Notes under the pieces: generated by a model
The model's input: the letters and a program-made list of their open reading frames with translations, nothing else
Databases searched by the model: none
What the model was told of the DNA's origin: nothing
Part shown: in pieces, positions 27,351 to 36,667 of the stretch
Numbering within the stretch: the stretch's first letter is position 1
Layout: each line of letters starts with the position of its first letter
Translations under genes and position numbers: made by a program
Source of the DNA: Candidatus Aenigmatarchaeota archaeon
GTDB lineage: Archaea > Aenigmatarchaeota > Aenigmatarchaeia > CG10238-14 > SCSR01
Direction: 5' to 3'
Assembly (NCBI GenBank): GCA_016198705.1
Contig: JACQIA010000013.1
Span: 1-48,572 of the forward strand
Length of the DNA stretch: 48,572 nucleotides

Positions 27351-28046
27351 TCAATCAAGCACAATCAATATTTTATCCATCTTCTCCCCAGCCTCTACTG
27401 GAGCTATCACATATTCGTCCATCTTGGGCTCTAACTTGCCATTGACAAACATCTTTAAAGCGCCTATTTTGTTATTGCATAATTCACCAGTCTTTGCACT
27501 GATCATCCCTTTATTCGATGGAAATGATATAGAGGTTTTAGTGAATTCTCCGCCAATAGTTTCGAAAAATCTGTGCAAATTCACATCTTCTAAAGATAAT
27601 GGCGTAGTTTCAATATGTATCAAGCCATCGCCATGCGTATGCAAAGGCTCATCTGCGGCTATTTCCTCATGAGGAAGCCCGTATTCTACATTGCATATCC
27701 TAAACTCTATTTCAGCATGCCAATGCACTGGCCCATGTGTAACAGATTTTAGATTGGTATAAATTGTCGAACCGACCAAGTAAACAGTTACAGCTATGAC
27801 AACTATAGCAATCAATACAAAAATTATCTTCTTGGAGATATCGTTCATTTTAGATTTCAAGAGTATTGCTGCAATGGATAACACTGCTACGGTTAAGAAT
27901 GCGTAGATTACTATTTGCATTTTGCTGAGCTGGAATATTTCACTAGTTTCTTCTTCAGCACCATGAGCAAAGGCAACTTGCAATGAAAGAATCATTGCTA
28001 TAAAAGCTGATAGTGTAATTTTACCCAACAAGAATTCTTCCTTCAT
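27351..28046 (-). CDS. Membrane protein with extracellular His-rich domain (paralogue of 25514-26149)
   Basis: AFAHG signal-cleavage motif, two further TMs, HWHAE...HTHGDGLIHIE and LKMFVNGK...YVI...DKILI. Confidence 0.72.
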   Translation of the reverse strand: MKEEFLLGKITLSAFIAMILSLQVAFAHGAEEETSEIFQLSKMQIVIYAFLTVAVLSIAAILLKSKMNDISKKIIFVLIAIVVIAVTVYLVGSTIYTNLKSVTHGPVHWHAEIEFRICNVEYGLPHEEIAADEPLHTHGDGLIHIETTPLSLEDVNLHRFFETIGGEFTKTSISFPSNKGMISAKTGELCNNKIGALKMFVNGKLEPKMDEYVIAPVEAGEKMDKILIVLD

Positions 28047-28090
28047 AATTTACATAATTAATTTGGTTCGACAAGTTAATATCACTTATT

Positions 28091-30676
28091 ATGGATAAAT
28101 GGCATAGTCAAGACATTTCTTCTGTTTTAAAGGCTTTAGACAGCAGTAAAGATGGGTTAACTCAGGAGAAAGCAGAAAATAAGCTATTAAAGTACGGGAA
28201 GAATGCAATCGCATCGAAGAAACGAAGAACTATACTCTCCATGTTTTTGGCTCAATTCAAGAGCATACTGGTCTTGCTTTTGGTGTTTGCCGCGTTCGTG
28301 TCATTAGTTATAGAATCATTGCTAGATGCTGTGGCAATAACAATACTTCTAATTTTAAATGCTCTATTAGGGTTTAACCAAGAATACAAGGCCGAAAAGG
28401 CTATGGAAAGTTTGAAGAAATATTTGGTTTCCAAGGTACGTGTTGCAAGAAATGGTAAGGAAGACGAGATTCCTGCTGACCAACTAGTACCGGGTGATAT
28501 TGTAATTACCGAAGCTGGAGAGAGAATACCAGCCGATATAAGGTTAGTAGAAGTAATCAACTTCAAGACTGATGAGGCGTCATTGACTGGAGAATCTACT
28601 CCTGTATCGAAAATCACCGATGTTATCTCAGATGTCCCTATACAAGAAAGGAAAAACATGGCGTTTATGGGAACGCTAGCTTCTACTGGCAGGGCGAAGG
28701 GTGTTGTAGTTGCAACTGGCATGAATACGGAATTAGGAAAAATTGCTGCTTCTTTGCAGGAAGCCGAGGAATCAACACCTTTGCAAATAAAACTTGATAA
28801 GCTCGGGAGAAATCTAGGTGTGGTGATTATTGGAATTGCATTTATGCTCTTCGTAGTAGGAACTTACAGAGGTCTGGAGATTACACAAATGCTGTTGACA
28901 AGTATTAGTCTGGCTGTTGCAGCAGTGCCTGAAGGGTTGCCTGCTGTGATTTCACTGACGTTGGCATTAGGCACACAGAAGCTGGCTAAAAGCAATGCGA
29001 TAATAAGAAGGCTAGGCGCTGCCGAGGCTGCCGGGTCTGTAGATGTAATCGCGGCTGATAAAACAGGCACTATGACTTCAAATGAAATGACTGTACGAAA
29101 AATTTATCTCGAAACTAAAATTATTGACGTAAGCGGTGTTGGGTTCAAGGTAGAAGGGGAATTTTCATTAGACGGAAAAAAGATCAACCCTAAAGAAAAC
29201 AAACATTTGACGCAGCTTTTAAGAATATCTAAACTTTGCAATAATGCGGTATTATCAGATGGCAAAATTATTGGCGACCCTACAGAAGCGGCATTGATGG
29301 TCTTAGCAGCCAAAGCCCAGTTGAAAGACGACTATAAACGAATAAACGAAATACCGTTCAGCTCTGAAAGGAAGATGATGACAACTGTAAATGCCGTAGA
29401 CAGTGATTTGTTTGCTTATTCAAAAGGCGCCCCTGAAATTATCTTAGATAAATGTTCGCACGACAGCTTTGGCAGAAAAATGACAAAGGACAAGAAAGGA
29501 AAAATCCTAGAAGTAACGCAAAAGTTTGCTTCCAACGGCTTGAGGGTTCTTGCATTCGCCTACAGAAAGTTGGACAAGAATTATAATTTGGAAAAGGTGG
29601 AGGGAGATTTAGTTTTTGTTGGCTTGGCAGGCATGATAGACCCCCCAAGAAAGGAAACCAAAGAAGCCATCAAGATTTGTCAACAGGCTGGTATTAGAGT
29701 CATCATGATTACAGGCGACCACAAATTAACCGCAGAGGCTGTTGCAAACGAGGTAGGTGTTGTTAGCAAAGTTGTTACAGGGGAGGAAGTCGATAAAATG
29801 GATGACCAGGATTTGTATATGCTGTTAGATGAGGTGTCAATTTTTGCCCGTGTTTCACCGCAACATAAGCTGAGAATAGTAGACGCACTCAAGAAGAAAG
29901 GCTTGATAGTTTCTGTAACCGGGGATGGTGTGAATGATGCTCCGGCGCTGAAGAAAGCTGATATCGGCATTTCAATGGGAATCAAAGGAACCGACGTGGC
30001 TAAAGAAGCATCTGACATGGTTTTGTTAGATGACAATTTTTCAACTATTGTTAATGCAATTGAAGAAGGCAGGGGTATTTTCGATAATATTAGAAAGTTT
30101 GTTCGCTATTTGCTCGCGGCCAATATCGGTGAAGTCGCACTTATTGTATTAACATTGCTAGCGGGCTTTCCTTTGCCATTATTGCCTTTGCAAATTTTAT
30201 GGATAAACTTGGTAACAGATGGTTTGCCTGCTTTAGCCTTAAGCATAGACCCGAAAGAGAAGGGCATAATGAGCAGAAAACCTAGCAAAGAATTTTTGAA
30301 GAAATCTATACCATTCATTCTTGCAGCTGGAATACTTTCCACAATTGCGACATTTGGCGTATTTTTACTATCGCTGCCGGCAGGCTTGGAAAAGGCGAGG
30401 ACTATGGTATTTGCTACCATTGTTATTTTTGAACTTATACTGGTTTTCAATTCACGTTCGGATAAAAAATCTGTTTTCAGAAACAGCCCTTTCAACAATA
30501 AGATGCTGATATTGGCGGTGTTGTTATCAGTTGCTTTGCAAATTTTAATCATTTATTTGCCTGGATTGCAATCAGTGTTTGATACTGTTGCATTGACATT
30601 GAATGACTGGATAATGGTTTTGGGATTTTCTTCATTAGCTCTGTTGGTTCTGCCTGAAGTTTTTATCAGGAAATAA
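28091..30676 (+). CDS. Ca2+-type (P2A) cation-translocating P-type ATPase
   Basis: TGES, PEGL, DKTGT, KGAPE, DPPR, TGD, GDGVND and QILWINLVTD. Confidence 0.92.
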   Translation: MDKWHSQDISSVLKALDSSKDGLTQEKAENKLLKYGKNAIASKKRRTILSMFLAQFKSILVLLLVFAAFVSLVIESLLDAVAITILLILNALLGFNQEYKAEKAMESLKKYLVSKVRVARNGKEDEIPADQLVPGDIVITEAGERIPADIRLVEVINFKTDEASLTGESTPVSKITDVISDVPIQERKNMAFMGTLASTGRAKGVVVATGMNTELGKIAASLQEAEESTPLQIKLDKLGRNLGVVIIGIAFMLFVVGTYRGLEITQMLLTSISLAVAAVPEGLPAVISLTLALGTQKLAKSNAIIRRLGAAEAAGSVDVIAADKTGTMTSNEMTVRKIYLETKIIDVSGVGFKVEGEFSLDGKKINPKENKHLTQLLRISKLCNNAVLSDGKIIGDPTEAALMVLAAKAQLKDDYKRINEIPFSSERKMMTTVNAVDSDLFAYSKGAPEIILDKCSHDSFGRKMTKDKKGKILEVTQKFASNGLRVLAFAYRKLDKNYNLEKVEGDLVFVGLAGMIDPPRKETKEAIKICQQAGIRVIMITGDHKLTAEAVANEVGVVSKVVTGEEVDKMDDQDLYMLLDEVSIFARVSPQHKLRIVDALKKKGLIVSVTGDGVNDAPALKKADIGISMGIKGTDVAKEASDMVLLDDNFSTIVNAIEEGRGIFDNIRKFVRYLLAANIGEVALIVLTLLAGFPLPLLPLQILWINLVTDGLPALALSIDPKEKGIMSRKPSKEFLKKSIPFILAAGILSTIATFGVFLLSLPAGLEKARTMVFATIVIFELILVFNSRSDKKSVFRNSPFNNKMLILAVLLSVALQILIIYLPGLQSVFDTVALTLNDWIMVLGFSSLALLVLPEVFIRK

Positions 30677-30775
30677 TCAGCAATATTTGCAAATTGCCGG
30701 TTCCTTCTTTTGGTGAGCGATTAGTTCCTTTTTAATAACCATTCTTCCGCAACGCGTACATTTGACTTTTTCCAT
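30677..30775 (-). CDS. 32-aa CxxC...CxxC zinc-finger microprotein (not in ORF track)
   Basis: MEKVKCTRCGRMVIKKELIAHQKKEPAICKYC; its stop abuts the ATPase stop. Confidence 0.7.
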   Translation of the reverse strand: MEKVKCTRCGRMVIKKELIAHQKKEPAICKYC

Positions 30776-30818
30776 AATAGTATTAGATTGATAAAATTAA
30801 TTAATTTATGGTGAAAAC

Positions 30819-32501
30819 TTGCAGCAGTATAAATTAATGGATACTGATGTTTTGGTAATAGGGTCTGGTGGGGCAGGATTAAGGGCTGCGATAGAAGCCT
30901 TTGATGTTGGGGTAAAAGTTTTAATAATTAGCAAATCTGGGATTGGAAAAGCTCATACTATAAATGCGGAAGGTGGAGTGAACGCAGCTTTAGGCAATGT
31001 AGACAAGGAAGATAATTGGAAAATCCATTATGAAGATACGCTAAAAGAAGGGCATTATTTGAGTAATAAGAAGATGGCTGAAATTCTAGTAAAAGAAGCT
31101 ATAGATAGTGTCTTGGAATTGGCTAGATGGGGACTGCCTTTTAATAAAACAAATGAAGGCAAATTGGATCAAAGATATTTTGGGGCGCATAGTTATAGAA
31201 GAACATGTTATGCGGCTGATAGAACAGGCTTGGCGATTTTAAAAACTCTAATAAAGCAAGTTAAAAAAAGGAAAATAAAATATATAGATGGCATAATTGT
31301 AACGTCTATTCTGGCTAAAAGTAATTTTGTATATGGCGTAACATGTGTAAATTTCAAAACTGGAGAATTTTTCGTTATCCAAGCTAAAGCTATTATCCTT
31401 GCTACAGGTGGCTTTACACGCGTCTATAAAGTTAGCACCCATCCTGAGGAATCTTATGGCGATGGGATTGCAATGGCTTATAGAATCGGGACTGAACTGC
31501 AGGATATGGAGATGATACAATTTCATCCAACAGGAATGGCTTTTCCAGCAAAGTATAGGGGAATTCTAGCAACAGAGGCACTTAGAGGGGAAGGAGCTAA
31601 ATTGTATAACTCTAAAGGTGAAAGATTCATGGGAAAATATGATGCAAAAAGAATGGAACTTAGTGCCAGGGATATTATAGCTAGGGCAATTTATACTGAA
31701 ATTGAAGAGGGTAGGGGAACCAAAAATAATGGTGTTTGGCTAGATATAACACATTTAGATCCCAAAGTTATAAAGAAAAAATTACCTAAGATGTACAAGC
31801 AATTTTTAAAATTGGCAAAAACAGATATTACGAAAGAGAAGATAGAGGTTACTCCTACTGCTCATTATTCAATGGGTGGCATTAAGGTAAATTCAACAAC
31901 TACAGAAACTAAAACTAGAGGTCTATTTGTCGCTGGCGAAATATCAGCAGGACTTCATGGTGCGAATAGATTGGGTGGGAACTCCTTAGCTGAAACTTTA
32001 GTGTTTGGTAGAAGAGCTGGTGTATTTGCCGCAAAACTAGCTAAGAAAACGAAATTTCAAGAAATGGATTTGGCGCGAATTAAAAAAGAGTACAAAAGAA
32101 TCACATCGCCCTTCAAAAGGGGTAGGAAACTCGAAATAACAGAGCATATGTTAAAGGAAAAAGTTAGAAAAGTGATGTGGGAATATGCTGGAGTTAAACG
32201 AGATGAGAAAATGCTTAAATTGGGACTGAACGAAATAAATAAAATTAAGAAATTGGCGAATAAAATTTCTGTTTCCGGTAGTTTGAAAAGAAACCATGGC
32301 TGGCTAGATTTCTTAGATACTGATAATATGCTGGTGGTTTGCGAGGCTATTGTTCGATCAGCATTAATGAGAAAAGAAAGCAGAGGGGCACATTGGAGAA
32401 GTGACTATCTGGAAAAGAATGATAAGGAATGGCTGGTAAATATAATTTGTAGGCAGGTGAATGGGAAGATGCTTTTGGAAAAAGCTAAAGTGATATTATG
32501 A
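30819..32501 (+). CDS. Succinate dehydrogenase/fumarate reductase flavoprotein-like subunit
   Basis: GSGGAG, AHTINAEGG (FAD His), QFHPT, TEALRGEG, HYSMGG, HGANRLGGNSL and ESRGAH; TTG start after GGTGA. Confidence 0.88.
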   Translation: MQQYKLMDTDVLVIGSGGAGLRAAIEAFDVGVKVLIISKSGIGKAHTINAEGGVNAALGNVDKEDNWKIHYEDTLKEGHYLSNKKMAEILVKEAIDSVLELARWGLPFNKTNEGKLDQRYFGAHSYRRTCYAADRTGLAILKTLIKQVKKRKIKYIDGIIVTSILAKSNFVYGVTCVNFKTGEFFVIQAKAIILATGGFTRVYKVSTHPEESYGDGIAMAYRIGTELQDMEMIQFHPTGMAFPAKYRGILATEALRGEGAKLYNSKGERFMGKYDAKRMELSARDIIARAIYTEIEEGRGTKNNGVWLDITHLDPKVIKKKLPKMYKQFLKLAKTDITKEKIEVTPTAHYSMGGIKVNSTTTETKTRGLFVAGEISAGLHGANRLGGNSLAETLVFGRRAGVFAAKLAKKTKFQEMDLARIKKEYKRITSPFKRGRKLEITEHMLKEKVRKVMWEYAGVKRDEKMLKLGLNEINKIKKLANKISVSGSLKRNHGWLDFLDTDNMLVVCEAIVRSALMRKESRGAHWRSDYLEKNDKEWLVNIICRQVNGKMLLEKAKVIL

Positions 32502-33889
32502 AATATAGGATTGAAAAGGATTCTTTAGGAAATGTGAAAGTGCCCATAGAATTTTACTGGGGGACTCAAACCCAACGGGCAATAGAAAATTATCCTAATG
32601 TTGGATTGAGATTTCAAAAAAGATTCGTGATAGCGCAAGCAATCATTAAGAAGGCTGCTGCCGTTGCAAACATGAAGACTAGGAGATTAGAGAAAATAAT
32701 AGGAAATGCTATTGTAAAGGCTGCAAGTGAAATAATTGATGGAAACCACTTAGAGCAATTCATCCTTCCGCCCCATCAATCTGGTGCTGGTGTATCTCAG
32801 AACATGAATATGAACGAAGTTATTGCAAACCGTGCGATAGAAACCCTTGGTGGCAAAAAAGGAGATTATAAGTTGGTCCATCCCAACGACCATGTTAACA
32901 TGTCTCAATCTACAAATGATACAATTCACACTGCTATCCATGTTGCAGCATATACCACATTGCAAGAATTATTAATTCCTAGTTTAGAAAAATATCAAAA
33001 GGAAATGGAGAAGAAGGCTAATCAGTTTAAACATATTATAAAATCTGGCAGGACACACTTACAGGATGCTGTGCCTTTGACATTAGCACAAGAATTTAGT
33101 GGTTATTTTATTCTAAATAGGATTGAAACTTTGAGGAATGTTTCCAGACATCTGCTTGATTTGCCTTTAGGCGGAACTGCTGTGGGGACAGGAATTAATG
33201 CTCATCCAAAATATGGAAAAATTGCCATAGGAGAGATTAACAAGATGACTGGTTTTAAATTTAAACAAACAAGGCATATGTTTGCTTCAATGCAAAATCT
33301 AAATGTTGAATTAGAAGTTAGTGGCGCTTTGAAAACGATTGCTTCTAATTTCATAAAAATTTCAAATGATTTGAGGCTACTTTCGTCTGGCCCTGTAACT
33401 GGATTGTGGGAAATTACACTACCCCCATTACAGCCTGGTTCCTCTATCATGCCTGGGAAAATAAATCCAGTGATGCCTGAGATGATGCAGATGATTTGCT
33501 ATCAAGTGATTGGAAATGATGCGACTATTACACATGCAACATCGGAAGGTGAATTGGAATTGAATGTCATGATGCCGGTGGTTGCTTATAATTTACTGAA
33601 CTCCATTGAACTCTTAGCGGCTGGGATAAGCGCATTTGCAGAAAAATGTGTGAAAGGAATTAAAGCCAACGAAAAAAGAATCAAAGAACTCCTAGAGAAA
33701 AATCCAATTATAATTACTGCCTTGACACCGTATATCGGATATAACAAGGCTGCTGAAGTTGTGAAGAGAGCTTATAAAGAAAATAAAACAATCGAAGAAG
33801 TTGTACTGGAGATGAAATTACTTGATAAAAAACAGGTGGGAAAAATAATGGATTTCAAGAAGCTTGTAAAAAGCAGTGCAATTAAATAA
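32498..33889 (+). CDS. Class II fumarate hydratase / aspartate ammonia-lyase family
   Basis: GSSIMPGKINP, GRTHLQDAVP and HPNDHVNMSQSTND. QSGAG is intermediate between FumC and AspA signatures. Confidence 0.88.
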   Translation: MKYRIEKDSLGNVKVPIEFYWGTQTQRAIENYPNVGLRFQKRFVIAQAIIKKAAAVANMKTRRLEKIIGNAIVKAASEIIDGNHLEQFILPPHQSGAGVSQNMNMNEVIANRAIETLGGKKGDYKLVHPNDHVNMSQSTNDTIHTAIHVAAYTTLQELLIPSLEKYQKEMEKKANQFKHIIKSGRTHLQDAVPLTLAQEFSGYFILNRIETLRNVSRHLLDLPLGGTAVGTGINAHPKYGKIAIGEINKMTGFKFKQTRHMFASMQNLNVELEVSGALKTIASNFIKISNDLRLLSSGPVTGLWEITLPPLQPGSSIMPGKINPVMPEMMQMICYQVIGNDATITHATSEGELELNVMMPVVAYNLLNSIELLAAGISAFAEKCVKGIKANEKRIKELLEKNPIIITALTPYIGYNKAAEVVKRAYKENKTIEEVVLEMKLLDKKQVGKIMDFKKLVKSSAIK

Positions 33890-33900
33890 AGCAATTTACA

Positions 33901-33960
33901 ATGAAAATTCAATCAATCCTGCTACAGAAGAATAATTGTCGGAAGGTACGCATAATTTAA
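33901..33960 (+). pseudogene. Relic of an aldehyde dehydrogenase 5' end
   Basis: ATGAAAATTCAATCAATCCTGCTACAGAAGAA reads MKIQSI / INPATEE across a frameshift, matching SINPATEE of the SSADH at 40373. Confidence 0.4.
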
Positions 33961-34063
33961 AGATATGCACAGCTAACATATGCAATACAGCTGTCTTAAG
34001 GATAAATTAAATTTGCATAGATTACTTATTCAGTTTAATTTAATAAGAAAGAAATTATTATTA

Positions 34064-34609
34064 GTGTTAAGCAAAGATTTCAAAGAATCCATTCCTATAG
34101 AAATAGTATCCATAACAGGAGGCATAGCAGCTGGGGTTATCCTCGCCATCGGCTTAAATCTGTTGGAATTGATACCAAGCATGCTAATTTTAATTCCGGG
34201 TTTCCTAGAAATCAATGGAAGCATATCAAGTTCACTAGCCAGCAGATTGGCAGCAGGTATGTTTCTTGGTGTAGTAAAACCTAATTTCAAAACACATCGC
34301 ATACTCGTTGGTAATGCAATTGCAGGCATCGTCTTATCTTTAATTGTTAGCTTGCTTTTAGGCTTGATGGCCTATTTTTTTGAGTTTATTTTTTTCAACA
34401 CTCTGAATACGAAAATAATTTTCATATCTTTGCTGGCGGCTATGATAAGCAGTCCTATAATGATTTTAGTAACAATAATTTTCTCCATATGGTTCTTTAG
34501 AAAAGGCTACGACCCTAACAACATCATGGGCCCCTATATCACAACATTAGGAGATATCATTGGAATTATGTCATTAATTCTAGCATCTGTAGTGGTGATT
34601 TTTCTATGA
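34064..34609 (+). CDS. MgtE-family membrane domain (divalent cation transporter)
   Basis: Five TMs and GYDPNNIMGPYITTLGD; GTG 34064 preferred to ATG 33980. Confidence 0.8.
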   Translation: MLSKDFKESIPIEIVSITGGIAAGVILAIGLNLLELIPSMLILIPGFLEINGSISSSLASRLAAGMFLGVVKPNFKTHRILVGNAIAGIVLSLIVSLLLGLMAYFFEFIFFNTLNTKIIFISLLAAMISSPIMILVTIIFSIWFFRKGYDPNNIMGPYITTLGDIIGIMSLILASVVVIFL

Positions 34610-35316
34610 AGGCCAAAGCCAAACATATTAGCCTGGAATTGAGAAAAAGAATAGTAAAAATCCCAAGAAAGGAGCATCATAAAATTTTACACCATATACA
34701 CAAAAAGCATTTTGTGTCCAAGGAAACCCTATTCTACATGAAAGAGTATGGTCCAAGATCGCATTTAATTCATGAAATTGTCAAGGACAGTATCCCTGTT
34801 CTTTTTCTATCGGTTATTTTAGCACCATTTGCTGGTCTAGCTTTGCGTTCTATATTTGATAAGTTATCATTTTTAATTCCATTAGTTATAATGGTACCAG
34901 CACTTAATGGCATTATAGGCGAGCTGGGTAGTACGATAGCCTCTAAATTTACCACAGGCCTATTTTTAGGCAAGATTAAAGGAACCCCCTGGAAGTCTAA
35001 TTTTGTTAAAATATTACTGCACGCCAAGATAAAAGTTGCAATAGCTTCCGTATTATATCTTTCCCTGTTAGCTTTATTTTTATCAGCTGTCAAAGGCTTT
35101 CAATTTGACTTGATGTTTGCACTAAAAATAATTTTTATAGGACTAGTTTCTTCAATTACCATAGTAGGCATATTGTTTGTAATTTCAGTTATTGGCGGGA
35201 TAATTATATTTAAAAGAGGTGAAGACCCTAATAATTTCTTGATCCCTATGTCAACTTCGATTGCAGATGTGGTGACATTGATAGTAGTCTCTGCACTTGC
35301 TTTATTGCTTTTTTAA
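34606..35316 (+). CDS. MgtE-family membrane domain with His-rich N-terminus
   Basis: GEDPNNFLIPMSTSIAD and EHHKILHHIHKKH; ATGA overlap with the partner gene. Confidence 0.8.
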   Translation: MKAKAKHISLELRKRIVKIPRKEHHKILHHIHKKHFVSKETLFYMKEYGPRSHLIHEIVKDSIPVLFLSVILAPFAGLALRSIFDKLSFLIPLVIMVPALNGIIGELGSTIASKFTTGLFLGKIKGTPWKSNFVKILLHAKIKVAIASVLYLSLLALFLSAVKGFQFDLMFALKIIFIGLVSSITIVGILFVISVIGGIIIFKRGEDPNNFLIPMSTSIADVVTLIVVSALALLLF

Positions 35317-36633
35317 TTAACCTACGTCTTTAATTACATTAGACAAAATTTCCAACCCATAATCAATATCTGACTTAGCGATTATCAAAGGCGGGGCAAT
35401 TCTAATCGCAGATTCGCCTGCGCCCAAAAGTGAAAGTCCTCTCTCAAACGCTTTGTAAACTATTTTATCCCTAAGTTTTCCGTCGGGTTCTTTCGTTATT
35501 TTGTCTTTCACAATCTCAATGCCAATCATCAAACCTATACCTCTAACATCGCCTATGGCTCTTGATTCTTCCTGCAGATCTTTCAAAAATTTCATTATGT
35601 AATTTCCTTTCTTGATGACATTTGGCCCTAGTTTTTTATCCTCCATAAGTTTGATTACTTCCAACCCTGCTGCACAAGCAGTCAGATTACCGCCAAACGT
35701 ACTTGCATGGCTTCCAGGAGGCCAAGTGTTCAATTTCTCATTAAAAACTGTTGCACCCAATGGCAAACCACCGCCTAAAGCTTTAGACAAACATACTATG
35801 TCAGGCTTGACATTGAAATGCTCTATAGCAAGGAATTTACCAGTTCTATAACAACCACTTTGCACTTCATCATCAACAAGCAAAATTTCGTTTTCACTGC
35901 AAATTTTCCTAATTTCTTTTATAAAACCTTCTTCTGGAACAACATATCCACCCTCGCCCTGAATTGGCTCTATAAACAATGCGGCTATCTCATTAGACAA
36001 ACCATTCTTTCTTAAAATATCGTTTATTTCTTCGATACAAGCATCGGCGCAATTATCTTTTGCCCCAACAGGGCATCTGTATGGATTGGAATATGGCAAA
36101 TGTACGACTGGGAGGAATGGATCGAATCCTTCCCTATGCACTTTTTTAGCATAGGTCAAGCTCAATGAACCCATGGTTCTCCCGTGGAAGGCGCCGGAAA
36201 ATGATGCCAACCACTTCTTTTTTGTGCAATATCTGGATAATTTAATCGCCGCTTCTACAGATTCTGTGCCAGAGTTAGAAAGGAACACCCGGTTTAATTT
36301 CATTGAACCAGGAAAAAGTTTTACCAATTCTTCGGAAAACCTAACAGGCAGTTCTTCGTAAAAATCTAGAAAAGCGCCGTGGGTTTCAATTTTGGATTGT
36401 TTGTATATTGCGTTGGCAATCTTCGGATTTTCATGGCCAAAATTCATCACAGCAATGCCAGAATTAAAGTCTAAGTATCGATTTCCATCTACATCTTCAA
36501 AGTTGACTCCAGCGGCTTTTTTGATCACCAATGGATAGACGTGGTTGATAGAATTTGACTGCACCTTATCGTTTCTTCTGACAATTGCCTTGGCCTTTGG
36601 ACCCGGGGGGGTTACCCTAATAACTGGTTTCAT
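35317..36633 (-). CDS. Class III PLP aminotransferase (4-aminobutyrate/ornithine omega-aminotransferase-like)
   Basis: NSGTESVE, AFHGRT, EPIQGEGG, DEVQSG, SKALGGG and STFGGN. Confidence 0.9.
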   Translation of the reverse strand: MKPVIRVTPPGPKAKAIVRRNDKVQSNSINHVYPLVIKKAAGVNFEDVDGNRYLDFNSGIAVMNFGHENPKIANAIYKQSKIETHGAFLDFYEELPVRFSEELVKLFPGSMKLNRVFLSNSGTESVEAAIKLSRYCTKKKWLASFSGAFHGRTMGSLSLTYAKKVHREGFDPFLPVVHLPYSNPYRCPVGAKDNCADACIEEINDILRKNGLSNEIAALFIEPIQGEGGYVVPEEGFIKEIRKICSENEILLVDDEVQSGCYRTGKFLAIEHFNVKPDIVCLSKALGGGLPLGATVFNEKLNTWPPGSHASTFGGNLTACAAGLEVIKLMEDKKLGPNVIKKGNYIMKFLKDLQEESRAIGDVRGIGLMIGIEIVKDKITKEPDGKLRDKIVYKAFERGLSLLGAGESAIRIAPPLIIAKSDIDYGLEILSNVIKDVG

Positions 36634-36667
36634 TAATTATATTTTGTTTCCTGGTAAAATTAATATC

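Noticed and set aside
36545-36667. N-terminal extension of the ureohydrolase in the ORF track
   Set aside because: It overlaps the divergent aminotransferase start; ATG 36668 gives a normal-length protein.
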